A stretch of 64,000 bases of DNA from Bigelowiella natans CCMP2755. Its lineage: Eukaryota > Protista > Cercozoa. This document shows, one piece after another, positions 26,299-39,964 of this stretch. The stretch is taken from contig ADNK01002731.1 of assembly GCA_000320545.1 (NCBI GenBank), positions 2,126-66,125 of the forward strand, in the 5' to 3' direction. The position numbers were made by a program, and so were the translations under genes. Numbering within the stretch: the first letter of the stretch is position 1; each line of letters starts with the position of its first letter. The notes beneath the pieces are model-generated. The model was not told the DNA's origin, did no database searches, and saw only the letters and a list, made by a program, of their open reading frames with translations.

Positions 26299-27524
26299 GC
26301 ACACTTACTCGAAGCACACCACTAAGTGAGTGAATTAGTATGTTGTGGGGAGAGTAGCGGAAGATAAGAGCAAGTTAGATCACAGGCAACTCTACGAACC
26401 ACGTTTGGATTGAAGCGAAGGCAAACACTCTCTCCCGGATATTTCTCGCCAAACTTTTCGAGGCGAGATAAGCTGCCGATGTTGAATAGAACACCTAGAT
26501 GTTATTCGTGATATAAGGTACATGCGTGTTGTTTGCGATGAGTACATATATGTTGTGCGAGCGTTTGCGTATGTGTAGTTGATATGATTTTTTTCTAAGC
26601 TGACATGTTTCCGCACCATAATGAATTAAATGGCACTACTACGGAAGGTAAACATGATAGATTTGTTGATATGGCAGATTTTGCATGCCTTGATCATGAA
26701 CGATTTCCATCTCTCGATCGGTGATATTGTTTGAAGTGTACAGAAGCCGGGAGGAATCAAAGCCCGCCTTCATAGCCAGAATAACTTCTCCTACGATTAG
26801 AAGAAGAATGGTAATTCATTTGGTGGAATATGGGAGAGCTGCGATGCTAAGAATTCACGTGATAGTAAACTACATGTTAAATTGCGGGTGAATACAATGA
26901 AATGTTTGCATGTTTTATCGAATATATGCCTCATCCGTTTGCTTTTCTTTGTAACTCTCCCCAAAAACTATCCGAACTTGTTTAATATTGTGCAATCTTG
27001 CCGTTCGAAAATGCAATTCGCTGGCAGAGAAACGATAACTTTTCTAAGAAGAAGTTCTACCAGGGCTCACACAATCAATACACATTTCAGGTATAGCAGC
27101 CTTGCTGTCATCTTGCCCTGCTAGATCCTTGTGCAGCGTCTGCATCAGCTGAAGAATGCTAAAATTGCTGTTCGCCTTCATTGCGTAATGGATTCTTAAA
27201 CCTACGTGTGATTATGAGTATCACGTTAGCTCTATTCCGTCCTTGTTTTTCCTTGCCATCCCCTCTATTCAACCCTTCCACTGCTCTTCCTCTCTTAATT
27301 GTTTGTGTTATTGACACCTGCGGGATTCGGAAATGCTTCTACGAGCTCTCTATATCTGAGGTATTTATCGATACGTGTCAAATAGGTGCAGTGCTAAATA
27401 CGCAGCAGCACCTTTTGATGATAATATCAAAGTCGTAGACGTAAAGAGGAGTCCCATACGTCCTCGCAGCATCTAAGAGAGCTGCTGATGACGGCGATGT
27501 CAAGGAGTCAGAGGAGGACGACAT
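21931..27524 (-). CDS. lysA: Diaminopimelate decarboxylase (PLP fold III), many exons
   Basis: YGTPLYVYD, IHYAMKAN (PLP lysine), IDCVSPGE, VCLRFNP, TKFGI, GVHEHTGSG, FVDFGGGF, LEPGKW, GTDSGFNHLIRPTLY, DICGNICETGDLF, YNLRPLPAEAL, LIRKRRTFDD. A C-terminal extension ends CSVM*. Confidence 0.93.
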
Positions 27525-27939
27525 TATAGAGACGTCGTTTAGGCCCTTGAGTTTCTGATGCTGCCTCCTTCTTGTCGTAGCGTGTGCTGCTACTTGCTGC
27601 AACCCAACCAAAAATGTTCCACCATATCCCTTTCAGTTGACGTGAAATACAATCAGATGTGACTAAGTAGTCCGACCTACCTGCTGCGAGAGTAGGAGGG
27701 GGTTAAGGCTTCTTCTCAAGAGACTGCACAGAAACGTGTCGATTTAGTTCTGCTAGAAGGGAGGCGGGAATCAGTGTTAAGAGTTTTTATCGCAAATTCC
27801 CTTGGTAATTGTGTGGTATTGTAGGGTGTTTTTAAGGTGCGACAACTATTAATTCTCATCCCGAAAAATAATAAAAAACAGCTCTAAAATGCCTCAACAC
27901 CCACACCAACAAATTTCAAGGGCAATAAGCACAGCCAAC

Positions 27940-29106
27940 ATGCCTCGCCTGAAGGACCTCTTCATGGTCTTGATATGTTCCACCATTATCATCATAATCG
28001 TCATCATCATCATCATCATCATCATTGGATTATTGCTAGCACTGCCTTTGTTCTTCAAAAGAAGAGGAGGCTGGCAGTGAACGTTTTGAGTGTGTCAATG
28101 ATACGTTTGACTCCTTATGATCAGGAATTCTGCAGATTCGGAGACAAGAACAATAAGGGTTCGATGAACGGACGTCAATTTAGGAAGTTTTGTGCTGATA
28201 ATGGAATGATCGGTAACGAGGAGGAAAGAACGGATTGTGACATTTTCTTCACCAAGGTAGTATCGATGTCACTTCTTCGCCATTAAAAGTAAACAAAAAG
28301 ATCACGACAGTGTCCTTATTAAGGCGGTTGGAAAGGGCAAAAGGACGATGACATTTCCTACCTTTCGTGAGGCGTGCAGAAAACTCGCTCAAGGGATTTA
28401 TACTGGGACAAGTGTGGAAAATCCCCTTGCTGAATTCGTCTCCCATGTAATGATAAGCACAATCAATCACTTTTGTTTTTTGAGATATCATCTAAAAATG
28501 AACATGTGGCGCGCATTCCAGCTTCGAAGTCCTATTGCAAACGGAACAATAGCAGATCCTGTGAAGTTCCATGATGATAAATCCCTCTACACGGGCGTGC
28601 ATAAAAAGGGAGGGCCTACAACAAACGACAAAGCTATCACATTAAGGACTTTGCTGGGTAGATTATCTATTGCTGCTGCGTATAGACAATATCATTCTTC
28701 CTCCATTCAGAATAAATTCAACGCTATATTAGACCGTTCCGAAGCAAATGCCCGCGGGGTAAAGTTATCGGATCTCAAAAGGAACGATGTCTCATCATCA
28801 GCATTCAAGCTCGCGGCATCGGAAAGGAAAACCACGGGAGGACGAGGACATCATAATACACGAAGTCCATTCAAGTCAGCTTCAAAGCTTTCTTCCCCTG
28901 GATCGAAAGCAGCTTCCTCATCGAAAAGAAGCAGCATTAAATCCATCAAGAGGGACCGGGTGCAACAACAGCATGATCCCAAGATTGAGGAGTTACTACA
29001 GACAGTAGCATCATTGGAAAAACAGCTCAAGGCTGCTATTTTGAGAGCTGAATCTGCAGAAGCACGAGCAAAAGTGGCAGAGGCGGGAATCAAGGATTCC
29101 AAATAA
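27940..29106 (+). CDS. TPPP/p25-alpha domain protein with C-terminal coiled coil
   Basis: LKDLFMEFCRFG..MNGRQFRKFCADNGMI..TDCDIFFTK..KRTMTFPTFREA, then VKFHDDKSLYTGVHKKGGP (algal-type p25 tail). Ends in a heptad-like stretch IEELLQTVASLEKQLKAA. Confidence 0.88.
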
Positions 29107-29157
29107 AAAACAAGTAACAAAAGGTGTGAACGTATGCTTCAATCTTCATTCACCAAG

Positions 29158-29191
<34 letters not shown>

Positions 29192-30177
29192 CAAAAGTTA
29201 AATTCATGGGTGGTGAAAAGTTGCATGCGGAAGCATCCCCCCCCCCTCGACGGAACGTTGACGTTGACCTTCATACATCTATTCAGGAATGCGTGTGTAC
29301 CGTTAGGTGGCAAAAATCCGTAATATATGGATTTATGCAGTACATTTATGGATTTATGCAGTACATTTATGTATAATAATGAGCCAACGTGTGGCCCCTT
29401 ATCATGTAGTGGGTTGTGTGTGTACATAATACATTAGCTCTATTTTTCACAACAATTATAGAACTACATATGTGCGAAACGTTTAGATTTGATTATTTGT
29501 GCAAGCACATGTTGTCTCCTGGCATCACATTGTTGGATCTATGTGTATTCCTATGTATATTAGCTCACAATATCATTTGTGGAATAATAAACTGTTTTGA
29601 TCCACACACAAAGCATGAAGCATGCAGCGGAGCTCGCCTGCATACAACCCACTTATTCGGCTATGATTACACATCACACCGTATAACATCACTGGGCAGC
29701 AATGCTATATTTCAGACGACACAATAACGAAGGCACATAAGCAATTGGAATTCCGTGCGAGCAGAGCAGTGCATTTACGCTTGCCTATTTGTGTCTGCAG
29801 AGCACGTGGTACGTGCAGCGGTTTCATACAAGCTAGCAAGGTGTTGTAATATGCAGCAACTGCAATATACATGCAGCTGCTGATGTTTAGGCATACAACG
29901 TGGTGAAGGGCGGCATCATGCAGCTGTGCAGAGTAAGGAAAAAGGCGCGTTGTGGCGTATCCTACCGCTCCCTGAACTATTATTACGTACGCACACATAG
30001 AAGGCCCACACGCATAAGTTCTAGAGCGCTGGCAGCCATGTCATTATATGCGCGACGAAATGCAGCACACTGCATGCATGTAATCCAACACTGTTCGATA
30101 TGTCTATTCAAATGCATACTGTTTAATTTTGTGTGATTGGGGATGTGCATAAAGGGTTACATACTCGTCATCGCATA

Positions 30178-30763
30178 TCAAGCAGTGATGGATCTCGCGA
30201 AACGGATAGCATCGAAGATCTCTTTGTTCCCACCTAATTTCTCCGTTCTGCAAACCTTAAAGATCTCCATTTGATTCTTCCCTTCCTTTAACATGGCCTG
30301 CACTTTTGTCAGCAATGCAGTAGGGCCTTTAAACTCCTGCTTGTTAGTCAAGATTGTCTTTGGCTTTTCCTCAGCTTTCTTTTCCTCACCTTCATCAGTA
30401 GTAGTTTTGCGCGGCTTTGTGGCGACTTCCTCACGAGTGATTCCTATGAACCAAAACAGGTTGTTGACCCTGTCCGCATCGTATAGGCCTTTATCCGCAT
30501 CAAATATGTATTCCAACGACGTCTTCTCAGGAATAGACCCGCGCTTACTTTGCCTGTACTGCTGGAAAATCACTTCCAGTGATTCTCGAAATCCAAGCAT
30601 GTACGGATTATCGGTGTTCTCTTGCATAAGAACGCTCACTGCCTTGCTGCAGAAGAAATCACGAGTGAAGAAATGAGCAAAGCGTTGTAAGTAGAGTGCC
30701 CATGTCGTCCTCCAAAGTTTCCACGTGGCGTTAGGGTTTGCAAGCTGTGAGTAGTAGTAGTAG

Positions 30764-30798
<35 letters not shown>

Positions 30799-31460
30799 GT
30801 ATAAGTGACAGTCGTAGCATCAGCAATGCTACTACAAGGTGAAAAGAGGTGGGAGAAGTTGTTTGGGGAGATGTTGAATCATTCCAACCGAGATGATGGT
30901 CAGATTGAAGTTGCTGTTATCGTTTGTGTTCTCTTGCCAGAAAATGGCAAAAAATGGCAGAAACAATTGTTCACAAGAAGCAGCAGCGAGAAGGAGGAGG
31001 AGGCACCACCGCTGACATCTATTTCTTCCTTGGTATATATGTATATATCATCACTGTTCTTCCTTCATCCCCTAACACTACCAATCTCTCAGAATTCACG
31101 CTAATATACCCTGTTGGCAAAGACTCGGGGACTTCCACATATAGCGTTGTTAACGAACTTCCAATGATTAGTGCGACCCATGGAGGGGCTGGTTATTGAT
31201 GCTACTTTCTTGATCTTCTGAAAGCTTCTACCAAAATTCTCTGATTTTTTGAATTCGTTCCACATGGAAAACCCACCGGATGCATGCCAGAATGTGGAAA
31301 AACCGCCTAGACACCAGTCGTTGAGGTATGGAATTATCGGCACTTGCATCCCTACAAGTAATATATTGTGAGTGGGAGGAGGAGGAGGAGGAGGAGGAGG
31401 AGGAGGAGGAGGGAAAAACGAGGCAGATGATAAGGGAAGAGAACGGAAGAGAATATTAAA

Positions 31461-31494
<34 letters not shown>

Positions 31495-31630
31495 GTGGTG
31501 ATGATAGACGAAAATGTCACACTTTTTGTGTTATAAAATTTTGAACTGTCATTCACTCATCTGCATTGCTAAAGGGTTTCTTCTTCTTCTTCTTTACTAA
31601 TTCTTCTCTACTCTCGCGCCAAGGCACACA

Positions 31631-31671
<41 letters not shown>

Positions 31672-31822
31672 TGCGCGCTTGCTTCAGCAGATGCTTATTC
31701 AAGCCCTTTTCTGTGGAATAATGTATATATTGTTAGCACACACCTATGCAAGACATGATCCCTGCCAGATGCCAATTTTTAGCGTGGACTTCGTATTGTG
31801 CGATCTACCACACAGAAGCATA

Positions 31823-31860
<38 letters not shown>

Positions 31861-32143
31861 GTATGTTCCCCTTCTTCCTCTCCTCCTCCCCCCCCCACCC
31901 CCCTCTTATTTTCTGGCATACTTGCGTTTTGGGTCCGATTGCGTTCCAATACGCCTTGTTCGGCTCTTGAAAGGCAGATCTAAACGCATTTAGCTTGTGG
32001 GAGTCAATGTACTCCGCCATAATCTCGTACAGCTTGATCTTGGCTTCATCGAATGTGAAAGCGGTTTCATTTGTACCGATAATGCTACTACTTTTCGAGT
32101 CGGCTATTAACAAATCCAACAGATTACACACACACACACACAC

Positions 32144-32190
<47 letters not shown>

Positions 32191-32923
32191 AATGCTTGTG
32201 TGTGCATCCCATTCACTCTGGGTACAATAATGCAAATAGCTAAAACAAATTGACGAAGAATCGTTGCAAGGACGTACTGCTGCAGTGCGAATAATTTCCA
32301 ACTCAAAATCATCAAAGATACTACCACCACCACCACTACTACTACTCAAACCAAGAGAGGAGCAATAACACTATATATATGAACATCATGACGATAAATC
32401 ATACCTTTCTAACACTATATATATGAACATCATGACGATAAATCATACCTTTCTGTTTCTCAGTCTTTTGATTACCATCTGCAGAATCAGCGGTTTTCTG
32501 ACGGCATCATCATCATCATCATCATCATCATCGTCATCGTCGTCACTATCGTCATCACCATCATCTCTCTGCGACGAATGCCCAACATTTCTCAGCTCAT
32601 TCGTCAAAAAACAGCCTTGACTCGCCGTCTACGATCAATACCTTAGGTTTTGGAGTGTCGTCGCTCTTGTCCTTCTTCTCCTTCGTTTTCTCATCTTCCT
32701 TCTTCTCTTTCTTGCATAGTCGAAAGGCGTGCCGTAATGCCTATATTTTGCAGGAATAACATTCTTCTGGTTGGCAAACGCATCTTCTGTTTTTCTCTTT
32801 CTTTATTTGATAGACAATATTATTTTCTGTTTTTCTGTTTCTTTATTTAATAGTGGTTACAATCTTATTTTCATCTCACTGAAACCATCCTCATTCCCTC
32901 TGCGCTGCTAACCATTGCTTCAA

Positions 32924-33001
<78 letters not shown>

Positions 33002-33170
33002 TGTGTGTATTACTCCCTACACACTACTATTACTACCATTACTACTACTACTACTACAATGCCTAACCATATCAAATGCCAGGCGTTTAGCGCTCTCGCA
33101 CCGGAAAGCTCTATCCACCAACTCCCCTGCGATGTGTTTTGTATCATTCGACACTCTTCTTCTTTTTCTC

Positions 33171-33208
<38 letters not shown>

Positions 33209-33885
33209 GCTACTTTGTTCTACTACTACCACTACTACTACCACTACTACCACTACTACCACTACTACCTAATCTAGCAACCAGAGAGTCAGGACTGCCC
33301 TTCTCCAACCAGAATAACAATGCGTAGTGGAAGTACGGTTTGCGCCAATTCAGCCATGAGAACAGGCTCAAAAGGTGGGAGGATATCACTTTGTTAGTTG
33401 CAAAGTCTTTCTGTCGCAGCGCAAGGCCTTTTTTTGTAATATTTTCCGCATTTTCTCAGGGTGGGTGGTATAGTGAAGAGGTGGTGATATATGATATTTA
33501 AACTGTGGTGTTGGCAGTAATTGCAGCGGTGAATAATATAATTGCAATACTTCTGATCGGCGAGGAAGAATATCCAAATACAAAAAAACGCACCCCTGCT
33601 CCTTAAATGAATACTTCCAAGCATCACCAGTCATCATCATCATCATCATGATCATCGTCATCAATGAGAAAGGGAGGAGAGTAACCGTCTTTATTGAGTC
33701 TGTATGCTTTTTTGATAAGGCTGATAATCGTAGCTGTGAAGTTCTGCCTATCGCTCAGGGCCAATCTGCGGATATGATGCATTGTTTATGCATTGTGTTT
33801 AAGTAAATGGCTACAGTGTGTGTGGGTGAAGATTATGATGGTAAATATAAAGATGATGATGATGAGGACGCCCTTCTTAGAGCTC

Positions 33886-33932
<47 letters not shown>

Positions 33933-34647
33933 TGTTCTTCTTTTGAATTCGACTCCCCCTCCTTCTTCTCCTCCTTCTGCTCACCGAGCTTTAGTATCAT
34001 CGGCGAAGTCCTCTCCGATGAATTGAAGGATTGCAACTGTCTTGGTAAATCTAATACAATATAACGATGATGATGACTATTACGCTAATCATTGATTATA
34101 CAGCAACTATTACATCATCATCAACAACAACAACAACAATAATAATAATAATAATAATAACACTAACATTAGTACCCAATCCACTTTTGCTGCAGGCAAA
34201 TCATATCGTATGCGGTTTTGTACTCCTTGCACACCCCACCGAGAGAGTCTCTAGGTATCTGCGTTGTTGTTGTTGTTGTTGTGGTGGGTCACGATTCAAT
34301 GCTTGTGGTGAGTAGTAGCAGCGCCGATGAAAGCTATATCCCTGCTCTAAGATACACCATGTCCTCAACATTGCTATTTTCTTCCTACTACTACTACTAC
34401 TACTACTACAACAACAAAACAAACAACAACGGCAATAACTACCTCTGTCCAATGTGCCCGCACCGCTACAGATTTCAGTCGGTTCACATTCGGAATGTAC
34501 GCTTTCTTTTCTTTTTTCTGTCGTTATTATCATTGTTATTATCACATATATCAAAGTGATAGTAGTTGTAGCAGGGAGACGGAGAAGAGGAAGAGGAGGA
34601 GAAGGAGGATTGTTATTCGAGTTGTTGTGAAAACGATGCTGCTTAGA

Positions 34648-34691
<44 letters not shown>

Positions 34692-34868
34692 AGAGAGATC
34701 CATACTACATTCTTATTGTCGCCCTGCCGTAGATTGAATGCTGGAGGATTTAATCCTCCGGGCTCTCCTCCTCCTCCTCCTCCTCCTTGCGTATCATCAT
34801 TACCGACACCTGAACGTTGATGAGTTAGTAGCCGTCAGAATGGGGAGGAGCGAGGGGAGGAAGAGAGA

Positions 34869-34925
<57 letters not shown>

Positions 34926-34958
34926 TTGATAATTGAGGACGTGACAAACATATATATT

Positions 34959-34993
<35 letters not shown>

Positions 34994-35818
34994 TTAAATG
35001 ATGCTGGATATACAATTGTATGTTACCCAATGACAACATCATCATCTATACTCGATGATGTTATCCATCCGCTGCGGGTATTATTTTTAACAAAGTGATG
35101 ATGATGATGAGTGTTTACCAACAGCATCTTCTTCACCCCTCACAGCATCTAGTATGGCTTCAGCACCTGCATAAAACAATTTTACCATATTTTCATCATT
35201 GGATCGGTCTCGGTTATATCATCCCCCAACCCAATAACAAGCACCAGCTCTCCTCTCCACCACCACCCCCACCCCACATCATCACCATCATCATCAACAA
35301 CAATATCACCACCCATCTTCATTATGTCCGCAATCATGAATGACCACATGATACATGGTTTCCTCAAAGAATTTTGGCACTATTCGTCGCACTATTCGTC
35401 GTCATCAAGTGTAAAATCATCATCATCATCGTTGTTATTAGGATTACCTTCCTTATTGCTTCGATCGTACACCATTGTTTTGAGAATAATCATCTTATCC
35501 GCATACTCATTGGTCTTTTGCATGCGTGCGGCAATCAGCTTTTGCTTCTCTTCTTCCGATGTAGCGCGGAACGTTAAACTAATCACCAAACCCAAATTTT
35601 ATGAATAAAAGAACGCAGCAGAACCACAGCCGGAAAATGAAGAGCTGATTTGGAAGTAATATGCCGACAGAATATTTTTCACAAACGAACAAAACCACAA
35701 AATCCGCGACTGATTTCTCAACAATCTCGTGCTGCCGCTGCATGCAGTTTTGGTATAATTCTTTGAGTTGTTGTGTGCTGATATGTCTACTAGCCTCTGC
35801 TTTTGCTGACTACCATAC

Positions 35819-35852
<34 letters not shown>

Positions 35853-35858
35853 CTATTT

Positions 35859-35892
<34 letters not shown>

Positions 35893-38384
35893 CAGTTCAT
35901 CATAGCTTTAACGACAGCATTTCCTGCATTAACGTCATCAGGCCAGATTTGTCTGTCTACCCTAGTCCCACAGGGAAACAATAGCGCTATTGGCGACCCA
36001 CACTCTCCTCCGCCCTCCCCCTCCTCCTCCTCCTTGTTCTCTTTTGCCTTAGCCTTTCTTCCTCTTCGCTCATAGAAGCTTTGTGCTTGATCTAACGTGG
36101 CAAACCTGAACACCTCTACAGGAGGCCCATCATTCTTCCCTCCTTCTCTTCGAGGGGGGGGGCTGCAGATAACTGAGTAGGAGTTAGCAAGTGCGATTGA
36201 GCGCAGTAGCTTCACCTCCTTCGTCTGCTTCCCCTCTTTCTGTTTCTGCTCATTAGTAGTACAGTCTACTGATGCCTCAGCGTTTTTGGCCACTCCCTTC
36301 TCCCCCTTCTCCTTTTCATCATTGTCCTTCTTTTCCTCTTTCTCCTTCTTCTCCTCCTCCTTACTCTTCCTGTTTGCCTTTTCACCTTCTCCCTCTTTTT
36401 GCTCCTCCTTTCCCCCTTCCTGCTTCTCCGCAGAGGAGGGGAATTTCGTATACTTCGCAATAACATCCGCAGAGGAGGGATCGATGAGGATGCGCGTTTC
36501 AGCTTCACGCCAAGCCTTTATCTTTTGAGCGTCGCTTTCAGAATTGACGATATGCGTGACGACTGGGGCACTCTCCTTCGGGCCAGCATCACTGTCCTTC
36601 GCGACACGGTATCTGATATTGCGTGTACACACAGCAAGGGTATATTTGATAATGATGATGATGATTATCATCATTAAATCATCTTTACGGTTGCACCAAA
36701 GTCTCGTTCTAATTACTGTTCATTCAATTACGCGGCAATGTAGCGAAAAGCCTTGCGGAGCTTGTTACATGGGCGAGCTACCAAAACACCTAATACGAAT
36801 GGTGAAGACAATGATGATGATGTCACTTTATGAGGAAGATGAGAAGGAGAAGGGTGAAAAGAAGACTTAGCGGCCATTAATATTTTTCATGTGCCTCCCA
36901 CCTCCTTCCACCCATCATCCTTCTCTTGTGCACAATTGTTGTTATTTTTTTCTCTTCTGAGAGTGCTAATAATATAATACAACCTGCCCTGCATGCAGTC
37001 CATCTGTAGGATTGTTGACAGGTCAAACGAATAGCAAATGCACGCACTGGGGACTTGAAGAATATCATCTGAATATCCTAATTTTGTTTGCAGGTGTTGT
37101 ATCAATAATTGCGCTAGTTATATGTAGGGAACGTTGTTTTCTTTCTCTCCCCTTTGAATGAGCCATGCATTCTGCCGCTGTTCTTTGCCCATGATACACA
37201 GTATATCGTCTCATATCACACGCCAACCGATATTAGCAGCAATTCAAACTGCATGTTGATGATGACTGATGGGATAATAGAATGTTGTGAAATGATTACT
37301 TGCTTGCTGACGTTTCCTCCGACAAGATTGTAAGAGGAGATAAAGCTCCAAGAGCCATATTTTGTCGTTTGATATTCTGCTCTACACTTGAGCATCCACT
37401 GCGCGTTGTTACCGCGTGGCCGAATGGCAAAGCCTTTATTCACCACGGGTAGTATGGATAGAAGTGGTAGTTAGTAGTAGTAGTAGTAGTAGCAGTAGTA
37501 AAATCAGCATTGAGCGGTATTTAAAAGCAAACATGCAAAACTATCATCCTAAGAGGAAATGACATAATAATAGGCAAAGTATCAGCTTGAGCTGCTCTTT
37601 CTCTCTATCTCTCTCTCTCTCTCTCTCTCCCACCAGTAACGAGTAAAGGGGAGTTCTGCTTCAGGGGGTCTACCCAATACAGCAGCAATTTCACGTTCCT
37701 TGTTATGGATATGTGGAAAATTCAGATCATGGTTAATGATCAATCCACAGAAATCGTGAAGGGGTGTATGAGTAAGCAGAATAGAATAGGCTGGTCAACG
37801 CTGGAATGGGTGTATTGATGATAGGTGCAGACTAGATGGTAAAGAACAAATGCTATTTCTCGGGTAGGTTGCTAACAGCAGCAATTGCCCTGCTAAACGC
37901 TATCATATGCGATGATTGTCACGAAGACGATCAACAGTTATCATCGACTATCATTATATCATAATGAGTCATCACTACCCAGTCGTCTGGTAACGGGAAG
38001 CCCAACCCTGAAACAGCAATATTTAAGGGGGAGGAGGAGGAGGAGGAGCATACTTTTAGTAATTGACAGGAAACGGTCAGTCAGGAATGTAGTTGTAGCT
38101 GAAATATATAAGGAACCGCTTCCAGATGATGCAAAAGAGGACAACATCACAACATCAACAACACAACAACAACAAAAGCGTAAACGAATATCAACGTTAA
38201 CAACCTGTTCTGAAAGAAGACTTCCATCCTGTGAATCCAGTCCCTTATTATTGTTGTTATTATTATTATTATTCAACGCTGAAAGTTGTAGTAAATCATG
38301 GAAAAGTGATGGTAGTAGAAGTATTGGATACTGGTGACCAGGTTTATGTATGCAATTTCAAGAGTTTAGTAACTGTCCAAAGTA

Positions 38385-38420
<36 letters not shown>

Positions 38421-38475
38421 TAATACACACACGTATCTAGGCTGCGTGCTCGTGCATATTCGAAGCATTCCGGTG

Positions 38476-38509
<34 letters not shown>

Positions 38510-39483
38510 ATGTTCCAGATTCACGCACACGTCATCGAATGTCTGCAACCCAAATAAGTGATGCACCATCAAATCGATGTGAGTCTAGTTCTGTCTTATG
38601 CTTCGTTTACTCTCAGCACCTTCTTCACATTCTTCGGTAACACAGATGATCCCTACAACAGAGACGACAGAATTAGCTTCATGTGCTCACAGAAGCAAGC
38701 ACCGCCTGCTCATGTTCATACTCTGTTTACAGATACTTGCTAACATCTCTACACGCAGTAGCTCGATAATCGTATTATATAAGCGATTGTAGCAGGAACA
38801 AGTAATTCTATGCTATAAAAATCGGCAGCAGCCATTAGCGCCTTTGTCAGCATCACGTAGGGCAATATTGAAGGTATTCAAGTATAAAGTAGTAGTTATT
38901 AGCGATTATTCGTAACCATCTGCTCTATATTATTCGCGCTCTTCTTCTCGTTGATTGATATGATACAACCTTGATATCTTGTTTCCGTAGATTTAGGAGT
39001 ACAGAGCAGTATGCTTTGCAGTCCTGTTCCATTAGGTTATATATCACCGACATAATAAGCTTGAATATGGTCAATAGACCAATTTCAATCCCGCTATCAT
39101 CAGGTGCGTGCGTGCGCGCGCGCACGCGCGTGCGTGTGTGTGTGTGTGTTAAAGTTTCATTGGGCCTCTCAAAGCAAACCGTGTTTCTACCTTAGCATCG
39201 AGATAATTACTCGCCGCATTCGTTATAACCGTGCTAGTTGCTGAATTTTTGGCATCCGGCTTTTTTGCAGCTGCTCTAACCGCTGCGACGACAGCATGTA
39301 CCGGCTTCTTGTTTTTTACAGCCAACTTGATTTGGACCTGATGACATGATCAGAGAGTTCCTCGGTCAGCCCTCGACGATTTTGGTCGATGGACGAGGGA
39401 AATAAATCATAATACGGGTATTATTATTATTATTATTATTATATCTTTACTGGCACCGCTTCCTCAGATGCGCAGAGGCCCAT
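30178..39483 (-). CDS. Large multi-exon hypothetical protein starting MGLCAS (may be more than one gene)
   Basis: A continuous series of GT-AG-bounded non-repetitive exons on the minus strand (e.g. ORFs 35889-36674, 31101-31350, 30178-30639). First exon is ATG GGC CTC TGC GCA TCT followed by a GT donor. No domain recognised. Confidence 0.55.
32366..32453. repeat. Perfect 44-bp tandem duplication
   Basis: TAACACTATATATATGAACATCATGACGATAAATCATACCTTTC occurs twice in tandem. Confidence 0.92.
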
Positions 39484-39964
39484 GGGTAGGTAATAATGTC
39501 GTCGTTCACGAAGCTTTTATTATCTTGCTGTAGATCTAATCACAATATCTACAGATCGTCGGTATCTTCTTCCTCCTCCTGCTCCTGCAAGATAACAATC
39601 TAGATCTAGTACGATCTCTTCTCGGACTCGCACCACTCGCACCACTCGGAGACACTCAGAGTCTCAGAGTCCCCCGGAGTTCACCGGAGTTTATAAGAGT
39701 TTCTCCGATTTTCCGGGAGTTTCTCCGGGGATTATTTGGCACGTTGAACCTGCCTTCCGAGATTATTTGCCCCTCGCTACTCGGCCAGAGCCGAACTGCG
39801 TGCAACGAACCGACGCGGGGGAAGGCGCTCGTGCTGAGCTCCAGAAGCTAGTCCAGAAGCGCTGTTCAGAGAAAATATATTGCCGGAGATCGGTTGGAAG
39901 GAGGCTCTTGACCAAGCGCCAAAGCTCTACATCGGTCACGTGGCGAAGAAGCTGTTGCTTTACC

